Assembly: GCA_963743885.1 (NCBI GenBank)
Contig: CAVURJ010000002.1
Location: forward strand, 36,721-100,720
From: Candidatus Moraniibacteriota bacterium
GTDB taxonomy: Bacteria; Patescibacteriota; Minisyncoccia; Moranbacterales; UBA1568
Direction of reading: 5' to 3'
Length of the DNA stretch: 64,000 nucleotides
The position numbers were made by a program, and so were the translations under genes. The notes under the pieces were generated by a model that was not told the DNA's origin, ran no database searches, and saw only the letters and a program-made list of their open reading frames with translations. This document shows, one piece after another, positions 50,601 to 60,300 of the stretch (position 1 is its first letter; every line of letters begins with the position of its first letter).

Positions 50601-53600
50601 GGACTTCAGGCAATGACGGCTCAGGCTCGACCTTGGATGCGGATACACTTGATGGCCACGATACTGCCTACTTCCAGACCGCACTTACCAACCCGGTGAC
50701 CGGTACCGGTACCTCTGGCCAGGTGGCCTACTGGGACGGCACTTCGTCCATCGCCGGGGAGAACCAGCTTTCAGCGAGTAGGGGTGGTACCGGTATCAAC
50801 GGAGCCACCGCTGCCAATGGCACCCTCCTCATCGGCAACGGGACAGGCTACACGCTTGCCACTCTTACTGACGGCGCCGGTATCACGGTGACGGAAGGGG
50901 CGGGCACCATTACCATCGCCTCGACTTTGGGTACGTCTGTCGATCTCGCGAGCGAAGTGACAGGTACGCTTCCGGTTGCAAATGGCGGCACGGGCGCCAC
51001 GACGCTTGCTGACCTCATCACCCTCAGCACCCACACCACCGGCAACTACGTCGCAAGTGTTTCGAATGGCTCCGGTATCACGGGTGGTAGCGCTGGATCG
51101 GAAGGGGCGGCGCTCACGCTCGCGCTCGGTGCCCTGACGGCGGACTGGAACCAGACCGGAGCCTTCGACATCGCGCTCAACAACGCCTCATCTGAACTCA
51201 AGATTCTTGGCTCAGCCGGCACCTACTACGGCATCTTTGATGTGGGAGCGCTTGGATCTGACCAGACCTACTCTTTCACGACGGGCGGCACCGTCTGGAC
51301 TTCAGGCAATGACGGCTCAGGCTCGACCTTGGATGCGGATACCTTGGATGGTATCTCATCTGCTTCCTTCGTCCAGACGAGCGGACTGCTCTTCACTGCG
51401 GCCGGCACTTCGGGCAGTAGCCAATCCATCAACCAGGGCGATACACTCACCATCGCGGCCGGTACTGGCATTACGACGACGGGTGGAGCGACGGATACGG
51501 TGACCATCGCAGCCACCCTCGGTACCGACATCGCTTCCTCCGAGATCGTCGACTCAACCATCGCCGAAGCCGACCTCAGCGTCACCAACGCTGCGACTGC
51601 TGGCTACATCCTCTCCTACGATGCAGGAGGTGGCTTCACCTGGATCGCCAACACTGGCGGCACCGGATCAAGCAAGTGGACCGACTCCGGCACCATCACG
51701 TACCTGACCAGTACGACCGATGACGTCGCCTTGGGTGGTTCAACCAGCACGGCTTCCCGCTTCTTCTTCGATGTCACTACGGGGAACCAGATCATCTTCG
51801 AAGGTACCGGTGCTGATGATGCCAACGAATCGACATTGGTCATCGCCAATCCAACAGCAGACAACACACTCACCATCCCGAACATCACTGGTACCTTCGT
51901 CACCACTGGCGATACTGCTTCCGTCACAGGTACGATGATCACCAACGATACGGTTGTCCTTACGACTGATACCGCTGGTAACTACGTCGCCTCTGTTTCA
52001 AACGGCTCCGGTATCACCGGTGGCAACGGGGGATCGGAAGGGGCGGCGCTCACGCTCGCGCTCGGTGCCCTGACGGCGGACTGGAACCAGACCGGAGCCT
52101 TCGACATCGCGCTCAACAATACCTCGTCTGAACTCAAGATTCTTGGCTCAGCCGGCACCTACTACGGCATCTTTGATGTGGGAGCGCTTGGATCTGACCA
52201 GACCTACTCTTTCACGACGGGCGGCACCGTCTGGACTTCAGGTAATGATGGCTCCGGATCGACCCTTGATGCCGACCTCTTGGACGGTCTCTCATCCGCC
52301 TCCTTCGTCCAGACGAGCGGACTGCTCTTCACCGCGGCCGGTACTTCGGGTAGTAGCCAATCCATCAACCAGGGCGATACGCTCACCATCGCGGCCGGTA
52401 CTGGCGTTACGACGACGGGCGGAGCGACGGATACCATTACCATCGCCTCGACTTTGGGCACGTCTGTCGATCTCGCGAGCGAAGTGACGGGTACGCTCCC
52501 GGTTGCAAATGGCGGCACGGGCGCCACGACGCTTGCTGACCTCATCACCCTCAGCACCCACACCACCGGCAACTACGTCGCCTCTGTCTCAAACGGCTCC
52601 GGTATCACGGGTGGTAGCGCTGGATCGGAAGGGGCGGCGCTCACTCTCGCTCTCTCGGCGCTTACGGCTGACTGGAACCAGACCGGTGCCTTCGATATCG
52701 CGCTCAACAACGCCTCATCCGAACTGAAGATTCTCGAGAGTCTCGGCGATACCTACTACGGCATCTTCGATGTTGGCGATCTCTCGGCTGATCGGACACT
52801 GACGGTACCGAATGTTTCTGGTGTTATCGCGACTCTCGATGGAAGCCAGACCTTCACGTCCGCGACGTGGAACGGCACCGCCATCGGTGCCCAGTACGGC
52901 GGCACCGGCCTCAATACGAGCGCTTCGACCGGCGTCCCGACCATTTCCTCTGGCACCTGGAGCGTCGATACCAATTATCTCTCTCTCGCTCACGGCGGTA
53001 CCAATGCTTCTCTCACCGCCAGTAACGGAGGCATCGTTTATTCTACGGCTTCAGCCCTTTCCGTCCTGGCGGCTAATGCCAACTCCGGCCTTGCTCTCGT
53101 CTCAGGCGGTGCCGGTGCTCCGACCTGGTTCGCTCCGACTGTAGGGTCTGTCATCTTCGCTGGTGCGAACGGGGCATTGTCCTCGAGCAATACGCAGTTC
53201 TTCTGGGACAATACGAACAATTACCTCGGTATCGGTGATGCTACCCCGACGAACCAGTTCGATCTCCTCTCATCGTCAGCTGCGCATAATGGCATCATCA
53301 TTACCAATACCAATGCGGGTAACTACAATCCGATCATGCAGTTCGAGTTGACGGAAAATACACCGCTCTTCACGCTCGGCATCGATGATTCCGATTCTGA
53401 CAAGTTCAAGATTACGACCGGATCGGATATTTCCGGGACCAGCCAGTTCACTATAGATTCGTCCGGGACGACCTCGATCGCCAATCTCAATCTTGGCGCG
53501 ACCACGTTCGACGCGGATGCCGGCATCGTATCGTGGATTGACATGCCAGTGACGTCGTCGGCGACGGCTGGAACGGTGGAAAGTTACACTGCCCAACTTG

Positions 53601-56600
53601 ACGGTAACGCCCTCCTCACTGTTTATGGCGAATCCGATGGCGCCGGTTCTATTCAGAACTCCGGTGTCTCTATCGGTAACTCGACTCTCCAGTCCGGAGC
53701 CAAGTTTGCTGTGACCCAGGCTTTGACCACGACGACCGCCGGTACGATGTACGGTGTCTACAATTCCACGACGGATACCGGCATCGTCACCACGGGTACC
53801 GATACGACCTATGGCGTCTACAATACCGTCACGCGGACCGGTGCGACGGGCGGTACGATCAGCAATTATGGAGAGTACATCAGCCTGACCGGCGACACGG
53901 GTGGCACCAGTATCAACACTGGCCTCTATGTCACCGTCACCGGAGCGGATACCAATTATGCAGCCAACTTCATGGGTGGCAATGTTGGTATCGGCGACAG
54001 TACACCTGCTGCGCTTCTTACCGTCGGCAGTGGGGATCTCTTCCAGGTGAACAGCTCCGGTCAGGTCGCAGCCGGCACCTGGCAGGGTACAGTCATCGGT
54101 GCCCAGTACGGCGGCACCGGCGCAGCGACGCTCACGCCGAATGGCGTTCTCTACGGCAACGGCACCGGAGCTGTCCAGGTGACGGCAGCAGGTACTTCGG
54201 CGCAGCTTCTTCTTGCGAACGGTTCCGGTGTCCCGACGTTTGTCTCGATGTCGAGCGATGCCACCATTACGAATGCTGGCGTCCTTACGATTGCGGCTGA
54301 TGCGGTTGCTCTCGGCGGAGATACCACTGGCAACTACGTCGCCTCTGTCTCGAATGGCTCCGGTATCACCGGTGGTAGCGCTGGATCAGAAGGAGCAGCC
54401 CTCACCCTCGCCCTCGGTGCTCTCACGGCTGACTGGAACCAGACCGGAGCCTTCGACATCGCGCTCGGCAACGCCTCGTCTGAGCTCAAGATCATGGAAT
54501 CGACCGGAGCCACCTACTACGGCATCTTCGACGTGGGGGATCTGAGCGCTGATCGGACACTGACGGTGCCGAATGTTTCTGGTGTTATCGCGACCGTCGA
54601 TGGTGCTCAGACCTTTACCTCTGCGACGTGGAACGGTACAGTCATCGGTGCCCAGTACGGCGGCACCGGCCTCAATACGAGCGCTTCGACCGGCGTCCCG
54701 ACCATCTCCTCTGGCACCTGGAGCGTCTCCTCATCTCTTGGTGTCACTTTGGGAGGCACCGGCACGACGACCCAGTTCACTCCTGGCTCCATTGTTTTTG
54801 CTGGAGCAAGCGGCGTTTACAGTCAAGATAACGCCAACTTCTTCTGGGATGATACGAACAACCGGCTGGGTATTGGGACGGTGAGTCCTAGTGCGTCGCT
54901 TGATATCTATGGTACGTCCAATGCGCTCCGGCTCTCGTATGACAGCAGTAATTACGCGACATTGTCGACAGCTAGTACTGGAGATTTGTCAATCACGAGT
55001 TCGAATACGAGTGAGGCGGCAGTCGTGATCGGGACGGGCAGCGCCCAAGATGTTTCTGTTCAATTCGATGGAGCTTCTTACGATTATTTTTCTGGTCTTG
55101 ATCATACCACTGGCATGTACATGGTCGGTCCCGGATTTACAGTGCAGGGTGGGAACGCGGCGCTTACGATCGCTTCAACTGGGAATGTCGGCATTGGTAC
55201 AGGTGCTACAGCGCCAACTGCCCGCTTGGATGTATCGCTTGGTTCTACTTCAACAACAGGCGCTACGGAATATAGTGTTCGCAATACTCTCTCTGATACC
55301 GGCATCGTCACCACGGGTACCGATACGACCTATGGCGTCTACAATACCGTCACGCGGACCGGTGCGACGGGCGGTACGATCAGCAATTATGGAGAGTACA
55401 TCAGCCTGACCGGCGACACGGGTGGCACCAGTATCAACACTGGCCTCTATGTCACCGTCACCGGAGCGGATACCAATTATGCAGCCAACTTCATGGGTGG
55501 CAATGTTGGTATCGGCGACAGTACGCCTGCTGCGCTTCTTACCGTCGGCAGTGGGGATCTCTTCCAGGTGAACAGCTCCGGTCAGGTCGCAGCCGGCACC
55601 TGGCAGGGTACAGTCATCGGTGCCCAGTACGGCGGTACTGGTCTTAATACTTCCGCTTCGACTGGCGTTCCGACCATCTCTTCCGGCACGTGGTCTGTCA
55701 ATTCTGCGCTTGGCGTGACGACTGGCGGTACGGGCACGACGACCCAGTTTACTTTAGGTTCCATCGTTTTTGCTGGAGGATCCGGAGTCTATAATCAGGA
55801 TAATGCCAATTTCTTCTGGGATGATACGAACAATCGTCTCGGTATTGGCACGACTACTCCGAATGCTGGCCTCGATATCCTGAAGACAACCGCTCAGCTC
55901 CGTCTCTCATATGATGCATCGAACTACACGGCCTTTACGGTGGCGAGTGATGGGTCCATCATGATCGATCCGAGTGGCAGTGGCAACAACGTCCTCACAA
56001 TTGGTGATGGGGGAGCGACGGATCAGAATGTTCTTTTCGATGGCAATACGAATGACTACTATGTCGGTCAGGATGATACGGATGATAGTCTGAAGGTTGG
56101 TCTCGGGTCGGCAGTTGGCACCAATACCTATCTGACGGTTGCATCCGGTGGTAATGTGACAGTCAATACGGGGCAGCTTAACGCGTCGGCAGACGGTGTC
56201 GTGACCAAGGTAAATGCTGGAAATTGCAGCGATTCGACGTTTGCGACTGATACGGACGGCACGTTGTGCGTCGATTCGACAAGCGGTTCTGAGCGCCTCT
56301 ATTTCCGCGAGGGTGGTGCTTGGAACTATATCGCCAAGACAGGCGGTTTCCAGATTCCGAATTATGAGACAGCGCCACAGGATGATCTGACAGCCCAAGC
56401 CGAGGGCTCTCTGGAACAGAATACTGAGGATGTATCGCATTACCCTGAGTATTTGACTGATCGCATGCAGCCAGGCGAACTGCTTATCCCGTATGTCGAT
56501 GAATACCTTTCGGATGGCGCGGTCCATGGTTTGTATGCTCGTTTTACGGATGTGAAGGACGCGATGTTCGCTGATGAGAGGGCGGAGATTGCTGAGCTCA

Positions 56601-57292
56601 AGAGTTCGGCAGATTCATTCCTTGAATTGTACGGCCGCGTCGATGACATAGAGCGGGGATTGAGTGCGCTTATCGATCCGGAAGATGGGGAAATCGCGCT
56701 TGTGAAGAATAGTGTTGCTGATGCGCAGCGGAGCATCGTGGGATTGGATGGCCGGATGACGGTTCTGGAAAGCCAGGTCGCGGCGCTGTATGAGTTTTAC
56801 ACGAGCACCGAGCTCGGCAGTATTGTTACGAAGGATGTGACCGGTAGCGTCGATCTTTTGGATGGTAGCCTGACAGCGCAGCTTGTGCAGGCTGGTCTTG
56901 TCAAGGCGGATCTGATTGAGGGTGTCATTTCTGGCGGCATAGCTATTGAGAATGCTGATGAGACATCGCAGACCATTGGCACGGCGGTTATTTGCCCGAT
57001 TGTCACGGACACGGATAGCGATGGCAAGGATGACTGTTCAGGTATTGATATAGCTGATGCTGATGCGGTAGCGGATCAGGATGGTACGTATGTGGAGGTC
57101 AAGACCAAGGCGATGATTCCGATGGTCAACGGCTCTCGTGTCTTCACAACCTTCAAGGACAACCCGAATGCGTTCAGTTGGATCGAGAAGATCAAGGATG
57201 AAGACGGAGAATATGTCGGTTTCAAGATCCGTCTCGATAAGGCAGTGACCGCCAAGGTGAAGGTTGATTGGCTCTTGGTTGAACAGAAATAA
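41654..57292 (+). CDS. Giant secreted/cell-surface Thr/Gly/Ser-rich repeat protein (5212 aa), probable fibrous adhesin
   Basis: Single uninterrupted frame. N-terminal signal/anchor 'FAKLLFSAIAVGVICLGWYNIRPVFA'. Recurring modules 'LPVANGGTGATTLADLITLSTHTTGNYVASVSNGSGITGGSAGSEGAALTLAL' and 'TGATYYGIFDVGDLSSDQTYSFTTGGTVWTSGNDG'. Distinct C-terminal ~330-aa non-repetitive domain. Start may be GTG 41654 or ATG 41663. Confidence 0.85.
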   Translation: MKDMLSYVRNKNRKSFAKLLFSAIAVGVICLGWYNIRPVFAQFVDAQSIQRIGLSASLFNSENRIITNGTYEVRFAIYSKDRAESDVYPSNADAGSRLWEETQTVSVKNGVFRVFLGSANPLPESLTFNEGDYYVGMRIGTDSEMVPRKRLGSVPRAINSQYLGGKQVGTGAGDILTLGNKGKIDIKQLPTGTGSKQLVLGNDSRLQDSHQQNSDIGTDSTVFTIGDGASLADNFLLNVSSASNTPAIRFNGSTGAWQFSNDGTTFADISSGSSGTYLPLAGGTMTGAIVFAPAQSFADLISLGADTVGNYLASVSGGNGIVVSGSGSEGATPTVSLSLLGSADGTGAASSNSGLEFQGVGLSELTLLQGCSNGQGLSWNDTTNVWECTSFSAGLAGSGTAGYATYWSGASSLGSEQYLSSVRGGTGLDASAASNGSLLIGNGSGFTLNTLAGSGGVTVTNAVGIITLGLDALTSGTTATTYSNSGLETTADGIRLLGGCNDEQVLAWNATLERWVCSNKTGGTSDWTSTGSYTYLTDATDDLVIGGATTDAGFFFDVSAGTLAFEGTTADTYETAIGVIDPTADNTINFPNVSGTVITTGNLSSITATGTIASGTWNGTTIDVAHGGTGAATLSDLITLGTHTVGSYVSTIAAGNGISTTGASSGETIAHTLSLKLLILADSTGGTSSNSGLEFQGVGSDSLALLQGCSNGQVLSWNETTSVWECNSVSGMGGVTGSATSGQVAYWDSSSSIAGENQLAVSRGGTGIGSYTIGDLLYASGATTLSRLADVATGNVLISGGLGIAPSWGKVDLTSHVTGTLPVANGGTGATSLNDLITLSTHTTGNYVASVSNGSGITGGSAGSEGAALTLAIDLLDSADGTGSTSSNSGLEFQGAGSNELTLIQGCSNNQMLLWNDTTSTWYCGSVSGAGGIDGTGTAGYSAYWTDVDTLANEQYVSVARGGTGLSGSTAANGTLLIGTGTGYALATLTQGAGMTITNGSGTISLATTLGASVDLATEITGTLPIGNGGTGVALTDPNADRIMFWDDSAGVVAFLTPAANLSISGTTIDLAASVQLGADGTDGVFALYSEQGVTDYMTTFQPGTQTQNVTYTLPNDDGASGQVLVTNGTGTLSWSSVSGAGGVTGTGTTNYVAYWDSPSSIAAEQYLSLSRGGTGTSLTDPNADQIMFWDDSAGNVAFLAPSSNLSISGTGVDLASAVTIGSSLQLGQNGTDGTLTLFSEQGATDYTTVFQPGTQTQNVTYTLPNDDGASGQVLVTNGTGTLSWSSVSGAGGVTGTGTTNYVAYWDSPSSIAAEQYLSPTRGGTGVGTFTPNGVLYGNGTGAVQVTAAGTSAQLLLANGSGVPTFVSMSSDATITNAGVLTIAADAVALGGDTTGNYVASVSTSATTGLTGGSAGSESAALSLAFDYTSTLVGNPSLAAGSAVFGTTGLIFEGTTADAFEGLLTLIDPTTDNTWTLPNVSGTVITTGNLSSITATGTIASGTWNGTVIGAQYGGTGAATLTPNGVLYGNGTGAVQVTAAGTSAQLLLANGSGVPTFVSMSSDATITNAGVLTIAADAVALGGDTTGNYVASVSNGSGITGGSVGSEGAALTLAIDLLDSADGAGSTSSNSGLEFQGAGSNELGLLQGCANNEVLSWNDTTSVWQCASVSGVGGVTGSGVSGQVAYWDGTSSIAGENQLSVSRGGTGLGTYVIGDILYASGAAALSRLADVATGNVLISGGVGIAPSWGKVDLMSHVTGTLSVANGGTGATTLADLITLSTHTTGNYVASVSNGSGITGGSAGSEGAALTLALGALTADWNQTGAFDIALGNASSELKIMESTGATYYGIFDVGDLSADRTLTVPNVSGVIATVDGAQTFTSATWNGTVIGAQYGGTGAATLTPNGVLYGNGTGAVQVTAAGTSAQLLLANGSGVPTFVSMSSDATITNAGVLTIAADAVALGGDTTGNYVASVSNGSGITGGSVGSEGAALTLAIDLLDSADGAGSTSSNSGLEFQGASSNELTLLQGCSDNNVLAWQDASNSWICTSVGGVGAGDITAVGDATTGDAFTAAGTSGTSLYFYDADGRGQLTIANLTAARTYTLPNVSGTIITTGDTGSVTSTMLADSTIAEADLSVTNAATAGYILSYDAGGGFTWIANTGGTGSSKWTDSGTITYLTSTTDDVALGGSTSTASRFFFDVTTGNQIIFEGTGADDANESTLVIANPTADNTLTIPNITGTFVTTGDTASVTGTMITNDTVVLTTDTAGNYVASVSNGSGITGGNGGSEGAALTLALGALTADWNQTGAFDIALNNASSELKIMESTGATYYGIFDVGDLSSDQTYSFTTGGTVWTSGNDGTGSTLDADTLDGHSATYFQTVLANPVTGTGTNGYNAYWNGTGMLGSEQYVATSRGGTGVNGSAAANGALLIGNSTGYSLATLTQGSGVTITNGSGTITIASTLGTSVDLASEVTGTLPVANGGTGATTLADLITLSTHTTGNYVASITNGSGITGGNGGSEGAALTLALSALTADWNQTGAFDIALNNASSELKIMESTGATYYGIFDVGDLASDQTYSFTTGGTVWTSGNDGSGSTLDADTLDGISSASFVQTSGLLFTAAGTSGSSQSINQGDTLTIAAGTGITTTGGVTDTITIASTLGTDISSSEIVDGTIAEADLNATNSPTAGYALIYDVGGGFTWADTGGMGNSKWTDAGTFTYLSGTADNIVVGASTESGAAFEVDTVNTTIKLKEGGTTPTYFGIFDVGDLSSDQTYSFTTGGTVWTSGNDGSGSTLDADTLDGISSASFVQTSGLLFTAAGTSGSSQSINQGDTLTIAAGTGITTTGGATDTITIASTLGTSVDLASEVTGTLPVANGGTGATTLADLITLSTHTTGNYVASVSNGSGITGGSAGSEGAALTLALGALTADWNQTGAFDIALNNASSELKILGSAGTYYGIFDVGALGSDQTYSFTTGGTVWTSGNDGSGSTLDADTLDGHDTAYFQTALTNPVTGTGTSGQVAYWDGTSSIAGENQLSASRGGTGINGATAANGTLLIGNGTGYTLATLTDGAGITVTEGAGTITIASTLGTSVDLASEVTGTLPVANGGTGATTLADLITLSTHTTGNYVASVSNGSGITGGSAGSEGAALTLALGALTADWNQTGAFDIALNNASSELKILGSAGTYYGIFDVGALGSDQTYSFTTGGTVWTSGNDGSGSTLDADTLDGISSASFVQTSGLLFTAAGTSGSSQSINQGDTLTIAAGTGITTTGGATDTVTIAATLGTDIASSEIVDSTIAEADLSVTNAATAGYILSYDAGGGFTWIANTGGTGSSKWTDSGTITYLTSTTDDVALGGSTSTASRFFFDVTTGNQIIFEGTGADDANESTLVIANPTADNTLTIPNITGTFVTTGDTASVTGTMITNDTVVLTTDTAGNYVASVSNGSGITGGNGGSEGAALTLALGALTADWNQTGAFDIALNNTSSELKILGSAGTYYGIFDVGALGSDQTYSFTTGGTVWTSGNDGSGSTLDADLLDGLSSASFVQTSGLLFTAAGTSGSSQSINQGDTLTIAAGTGVTTTGGATDTITIASTLGTSVDLASEVTGTLPVANGGTGATTLADLITLSTHTTGNYVASVSNGSGITGGSAGSEGAALTLALSALTADWNQTGAFDIALNNASSELKILESLGDTYYGIFDVGDLSADRTLTVPNVSGVIATLDGSQTFTSATWNGTAIGAQYGGTGLNTSASTGVPTISSGTWSVDTNYLSLAHGGTNASLTASNGGIVYSTASALSVLAANANSGLALVSGGAGAPTWFAPTVGSVIFAGANGALSSSNTQFFWDNTNNYLGIGDATPTNQFDLLSSSAAHNGIIITNTNAGNYNPIMQFELTENTPLFTLGIDDSDSDKFKITTGSDISGTSQFTIDSSGTTSIANLNLGATTFDADAGIVSWIDMPVTSSATAGTVESYTAQLDGNALLTVYGESDGAGSIQNSGVSIGNSTLQSGAKFAVTQALTTTTAGTMYGVYNSTTDTGIVTTGTDTTYGVYNTVTRTGATGGTISNYGEYISLTGDTGGTSINTGLYVTVTGADTNYAANFMGGNVGIGDSTPAALLTVGSGDLFQVNSSGQVAAGTWQGTVIGAQYGGTGAATLTPNGVLYGNGTGAVQVTAAGTSAQLLLANGSGVPTFVSMSSDATITNAGVLTIAADAVALGGDTTGNYVASVSNGSGITGGSAGSEGAALTLALGALTADWNQTGAFDIALGNASSELKIMESTGATYYGIFDVGDLSADRTLTVPNVSGVIATVDGAQTFTSATWNGTVIGAQYGGTGLNTSASTGVPTISSGTWSVSSSLGVTLGGTGTTTQFTPGSIVFAGASGVYSQDNANFFWDDTNNRLGIGTVSPSASLDIYGTSNALRLSYDSSNYATLSTASTGDLSITSSNTSEAAVVIGTGSAQDVSVQFDGASYDYFSGLDHTTGMYMVGPGFTVQGGNAALTIASTGNVGIGTGATAPTARLDVSLGSTSTTGATEYSVRNTLSDTGIVTTGTDTTYGVYNTVTRTGATGGTISNYGEYISLTGDTGGTSINTGLYVTVTGADTNYAANFMGGNVGIGDSTPAALLTVGSGDLFQVNSSGQVAAGTWQGTVIGAQYGGTGLNTSASTGVPTISSGTWSVNSALGVTTGGTGTTTQFTLGSIVFAGGSGVYNQDNANFFWDDTNNRLGIGTTTPNAGLDILKTTAQLRLSYDASNYTAFTVASDGSIMIDPSGSGNNVLTIGDGGATDQNVLFDGNTNDYYVGQDDTDDSLKVGLGSAVGTNTYLTVASGGNVTVNTGQLNASADGVVTKVNAGNCSDSTFATDTDGTLCVDSTSGSERLYFREGGAWNYIAKTGGFQIPNYETAPQDDLTAQAEGSLEQNTEDVSHYPEYLTDRMQPGELLIPYVDEYLSDGAVHGLYARFTDVKDAMFADERAEIAELKSSADSFLELYGRVDDIERGLSALIDPEDGEIALVKNSVADAQRSIVGLDGRMTVLESQVAALYEFYTSTELGSIVTKDVTGSVDLLDGSLTAQLVQAGLVKADLIEGVISGGIAIENADETSQTIGTAVICPIVTDTDSDGKDDCSGIDIADADAVADQDGTYVEVKTKAMIPMVNGSRVFTTFKDNPNAFSWIEKIKDEDGEYVGFKIRLDKAVTAKVKVDWLLVEQK
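45647..54351 (+). repeat. Nested near-identical segmental duplications inside the giant gene
   Basis: ~215-bp block identical at 45647-45862, 46220-46434, 47363-47577 and 54137-54351 (copies 2 and 3 are 1143 bp apart). ~600-bp block identical at ~48020-48600 and ~51536-52120. Further copies at 49930-50250, 50540-50660 and 51210-51500. Confidence 0.85.
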
Positions 57293-57323
57293 GGTAAAGA
57301 GTTAAGAAGGAAAAGAAGACAGG

Positions 57324-60300
57324 ATGACAAAGGGATATATGAAACCTGAAAGGCGATTAGGAACAATTCTGTGGAGGGCGGCACCTGTTCTGGTTGTTTT
57401 TGCGATTATCGGAGCGGCCGGTTTCGGTTTGGTAAGGCTATGGCAGCATGAGATGGCAGTGATTATTCCTGATGAACTGGCATCTGGGACGGCTCGCACG
57501 GTCACGCTGGTAGCTGGAAAGGATTATCACGTATCGGGTCAATCAGTTGTCGAGAACGTACCGGACAACGAGATGCTTGCTGCTTTTCCGATGCTTCAGG
57601 ACGGATTTTCCGATCTTTCATTTTCGATGGATGCTGATGCGAATATCGCAAAATCAGCTATTGAAAAGACGGTTTCCCTGTCTGAGAGTGCTGGTCGGGT
57701 GGCGAGTGAATATTCACTTGATGGAATGCGTATTACGACAGAGTATCGTGAGAATGATTCTATTTCAAAACAGTCTGAAAATCAGAAGATGCTTGGCGGA
57801 GGAGAGGGGAGTATATCTATCAAGCAGACGATAACGTTGAAGAACGATCAGGACCAGGAAAAGAAGGTGGCTTTTTCCGTACGGACTAAGATAGCGGCAG
57901 ATAAGGTCGTATGGGATGGCCGCGAATACCGGCTTACCGGTCAGCATGAGACATTTCGTGCTTACGAGAAGACGGCTTCCGTGCCGGAATTCGCCAAGGA
58001 TATGGGACAGAAGGATCTCAAGGGTATCGATGCGTTCAAGGACTATACGCACACCTATACGGTCGGTTCCTCGCTCTCGTTCGCCGACAAGGATGGGAAT
58101 ATGGCCGATTATGATTGGAGTGATGCGCTCGCCTTTCATCCGGAGGTGGTCGCTTATCGCGAGGGTGATGCGTCGTATATCGAGCTCCGGCTTTCGGGGG
58201 TCACGGTTCCGGCGTATGGCGAGACGGTCATCGATCCGGACTATGACCTGGCATCGGGAGCCGGCTACACGGCACGCTACGATGGGGCGTACATAAACAA
58301 TAGCATCAGTTCGATTGCCGTCAGCGATGTGAATGGCGACGGTTTCTCTGATCTCGTCATCAGTTCGCCGTATGCGAGTAATAATAGTCGCACTGGCTCT
58401 GGCTCTGTCTATATCGTATTCCGCAAAGCCGATTCTCCCAGTGGAGTACAGAGTCTTGATGTCGCTGCACACTACAACATCCGCTATGATGGGGCAGCGG
58501 CAGGCGATACTTTCGGGTCAGCAGTGGTCGTCGGCGATGTGAATGGCGATAGCCATTCTGATCTTATCGTCGGTGCATCGACCGCGAGTAATAATAGCCG
58601 CTCCTATTCCGGTTCCGTCTACGTCTTCTTCTCTACCCTGATTGACGATGTCGGCGCCACGACGGGTAACAATCTCGACCTCGCTACCGGGACCAACTAC
58701 AACATCCGCTATGATGGGGCAGCGGCAGGCGATACTTTCGGGTCAGCAGTGGTCGTCGGCGATGTGAATGGCGATAGCCATCCTGATCTTATCGCTGGTG
58801 TGCCGTATGCGAGCAATAATAGTCGCTCCGCTTCCGGTTCCGCCTACGTCTTCTTCTCTACTCTGATCGATGATGTCGGCGCCACGACGGGTAACAATCT
58901 CGACCTCGCTACCGGGACCAACTACAACATCCGCTATGACGGCGCGGAGGCAGGTGACTTTATGGGGCAGTCTGTCACAACAGGCGACGTGAATGGCGAT
59001 AGTTATCCCGACCTCGTGTTGGGCACACCGGACGCTGGCAACAATGCCCGTTCTGGGTCTGGCTCCGTCTACGTCTTCTTCTCTACTCTGATCGATGATG
59101 TCGGCGCCACGACGGGTAACAATCTCGACCTCGCTACCGGGACCAACTACAACATCCGCTATGACGGCGCGGAGGCAGGTGACTTTATGGGGCAGTCTGT
59201 CACAACAGGCGACGTGAATGGCGATAGCCATTCTGATCTTATCGTCGGTGCATCGACCGCGAGTAATAATAGTCGCTCCGCTTCCGGTTCCGCCTACGTC
59301 TTCTTCTCTACTCTGATCGATGATGTCGGCGCCACGACGGGTAACAATCTCGACCTCGCTACCGGGACCAATTACAACATCCGCTATGATGGTGCGGTCG
59401 CAGGTGACTATATAGGACAGACTGCCACAACAGGCGACGTGAATGGCGATAGCCATCCTGATCTTATCGTCGGTGCATCGACCGCGAGCAATAATAGTCG
59501 CTCCGCTTCCGGTTCCGCCTACGTCTTCTTCTCTACTCTGATCGATGATGTCGGCGCCACGACGGGTAACAATCTCGACCTCGCTACCGGGACCAATTAC
59601 AACATCCGCTATGATGGTGCGGTCGCAGGTGACTATATAGGACAGACTGCCACAACAGGCGACGTGAATGGCGATAGCCATCCTGATCTTATCGTCGGTG
59701 CATCGACCGCGAGTAATAATAGTCGCTCCGCTTCCGGTTCCGCCTACGTCTTCTTCTCTACTCTGATCGATGATGTCGGCGCCACGACGGGTAACAATCT
59801 CGACCTCGCTACCGGGACCAATTACAACATCCGCTATGATGGTGCGGTCGCAGGTGACTATATGGGGCAGTCTGTCACAACAGGCGACGTGAACAGCGAC
59901 GGTTATTCGGATATGATCGCTCAGACACAAGCGTCTTCGGGGGATGATCTTGTGTACATCTTATTCTCTACTTTGATTGACGACGTGGGCGCCACCACCG
60001 GCAACAATTTTGATTTGGCTACGAGCACTAATTACAGTGCGCGCTTTGATGGTGCGCCGTCGCTGGGCACATATGTCGATGGCCGATTAGCTATCGGCGA
60101 CGTGAACGGTGACGGTATAGATGATCTCGTGATTGGAGGAGTGAGTATCTATGTTATTTTCGGCGGACAGCATCCTACGGGAAACCGTTTGCTTACGGTG
60201 GCCGGGAATTATAATATCCGTTATAACAGCGTTAGCACTCATATTGCCATCGGCGACGTGAACGGCGACGGTTTCTCTGATCTTGTTATCGGTTCATCAT

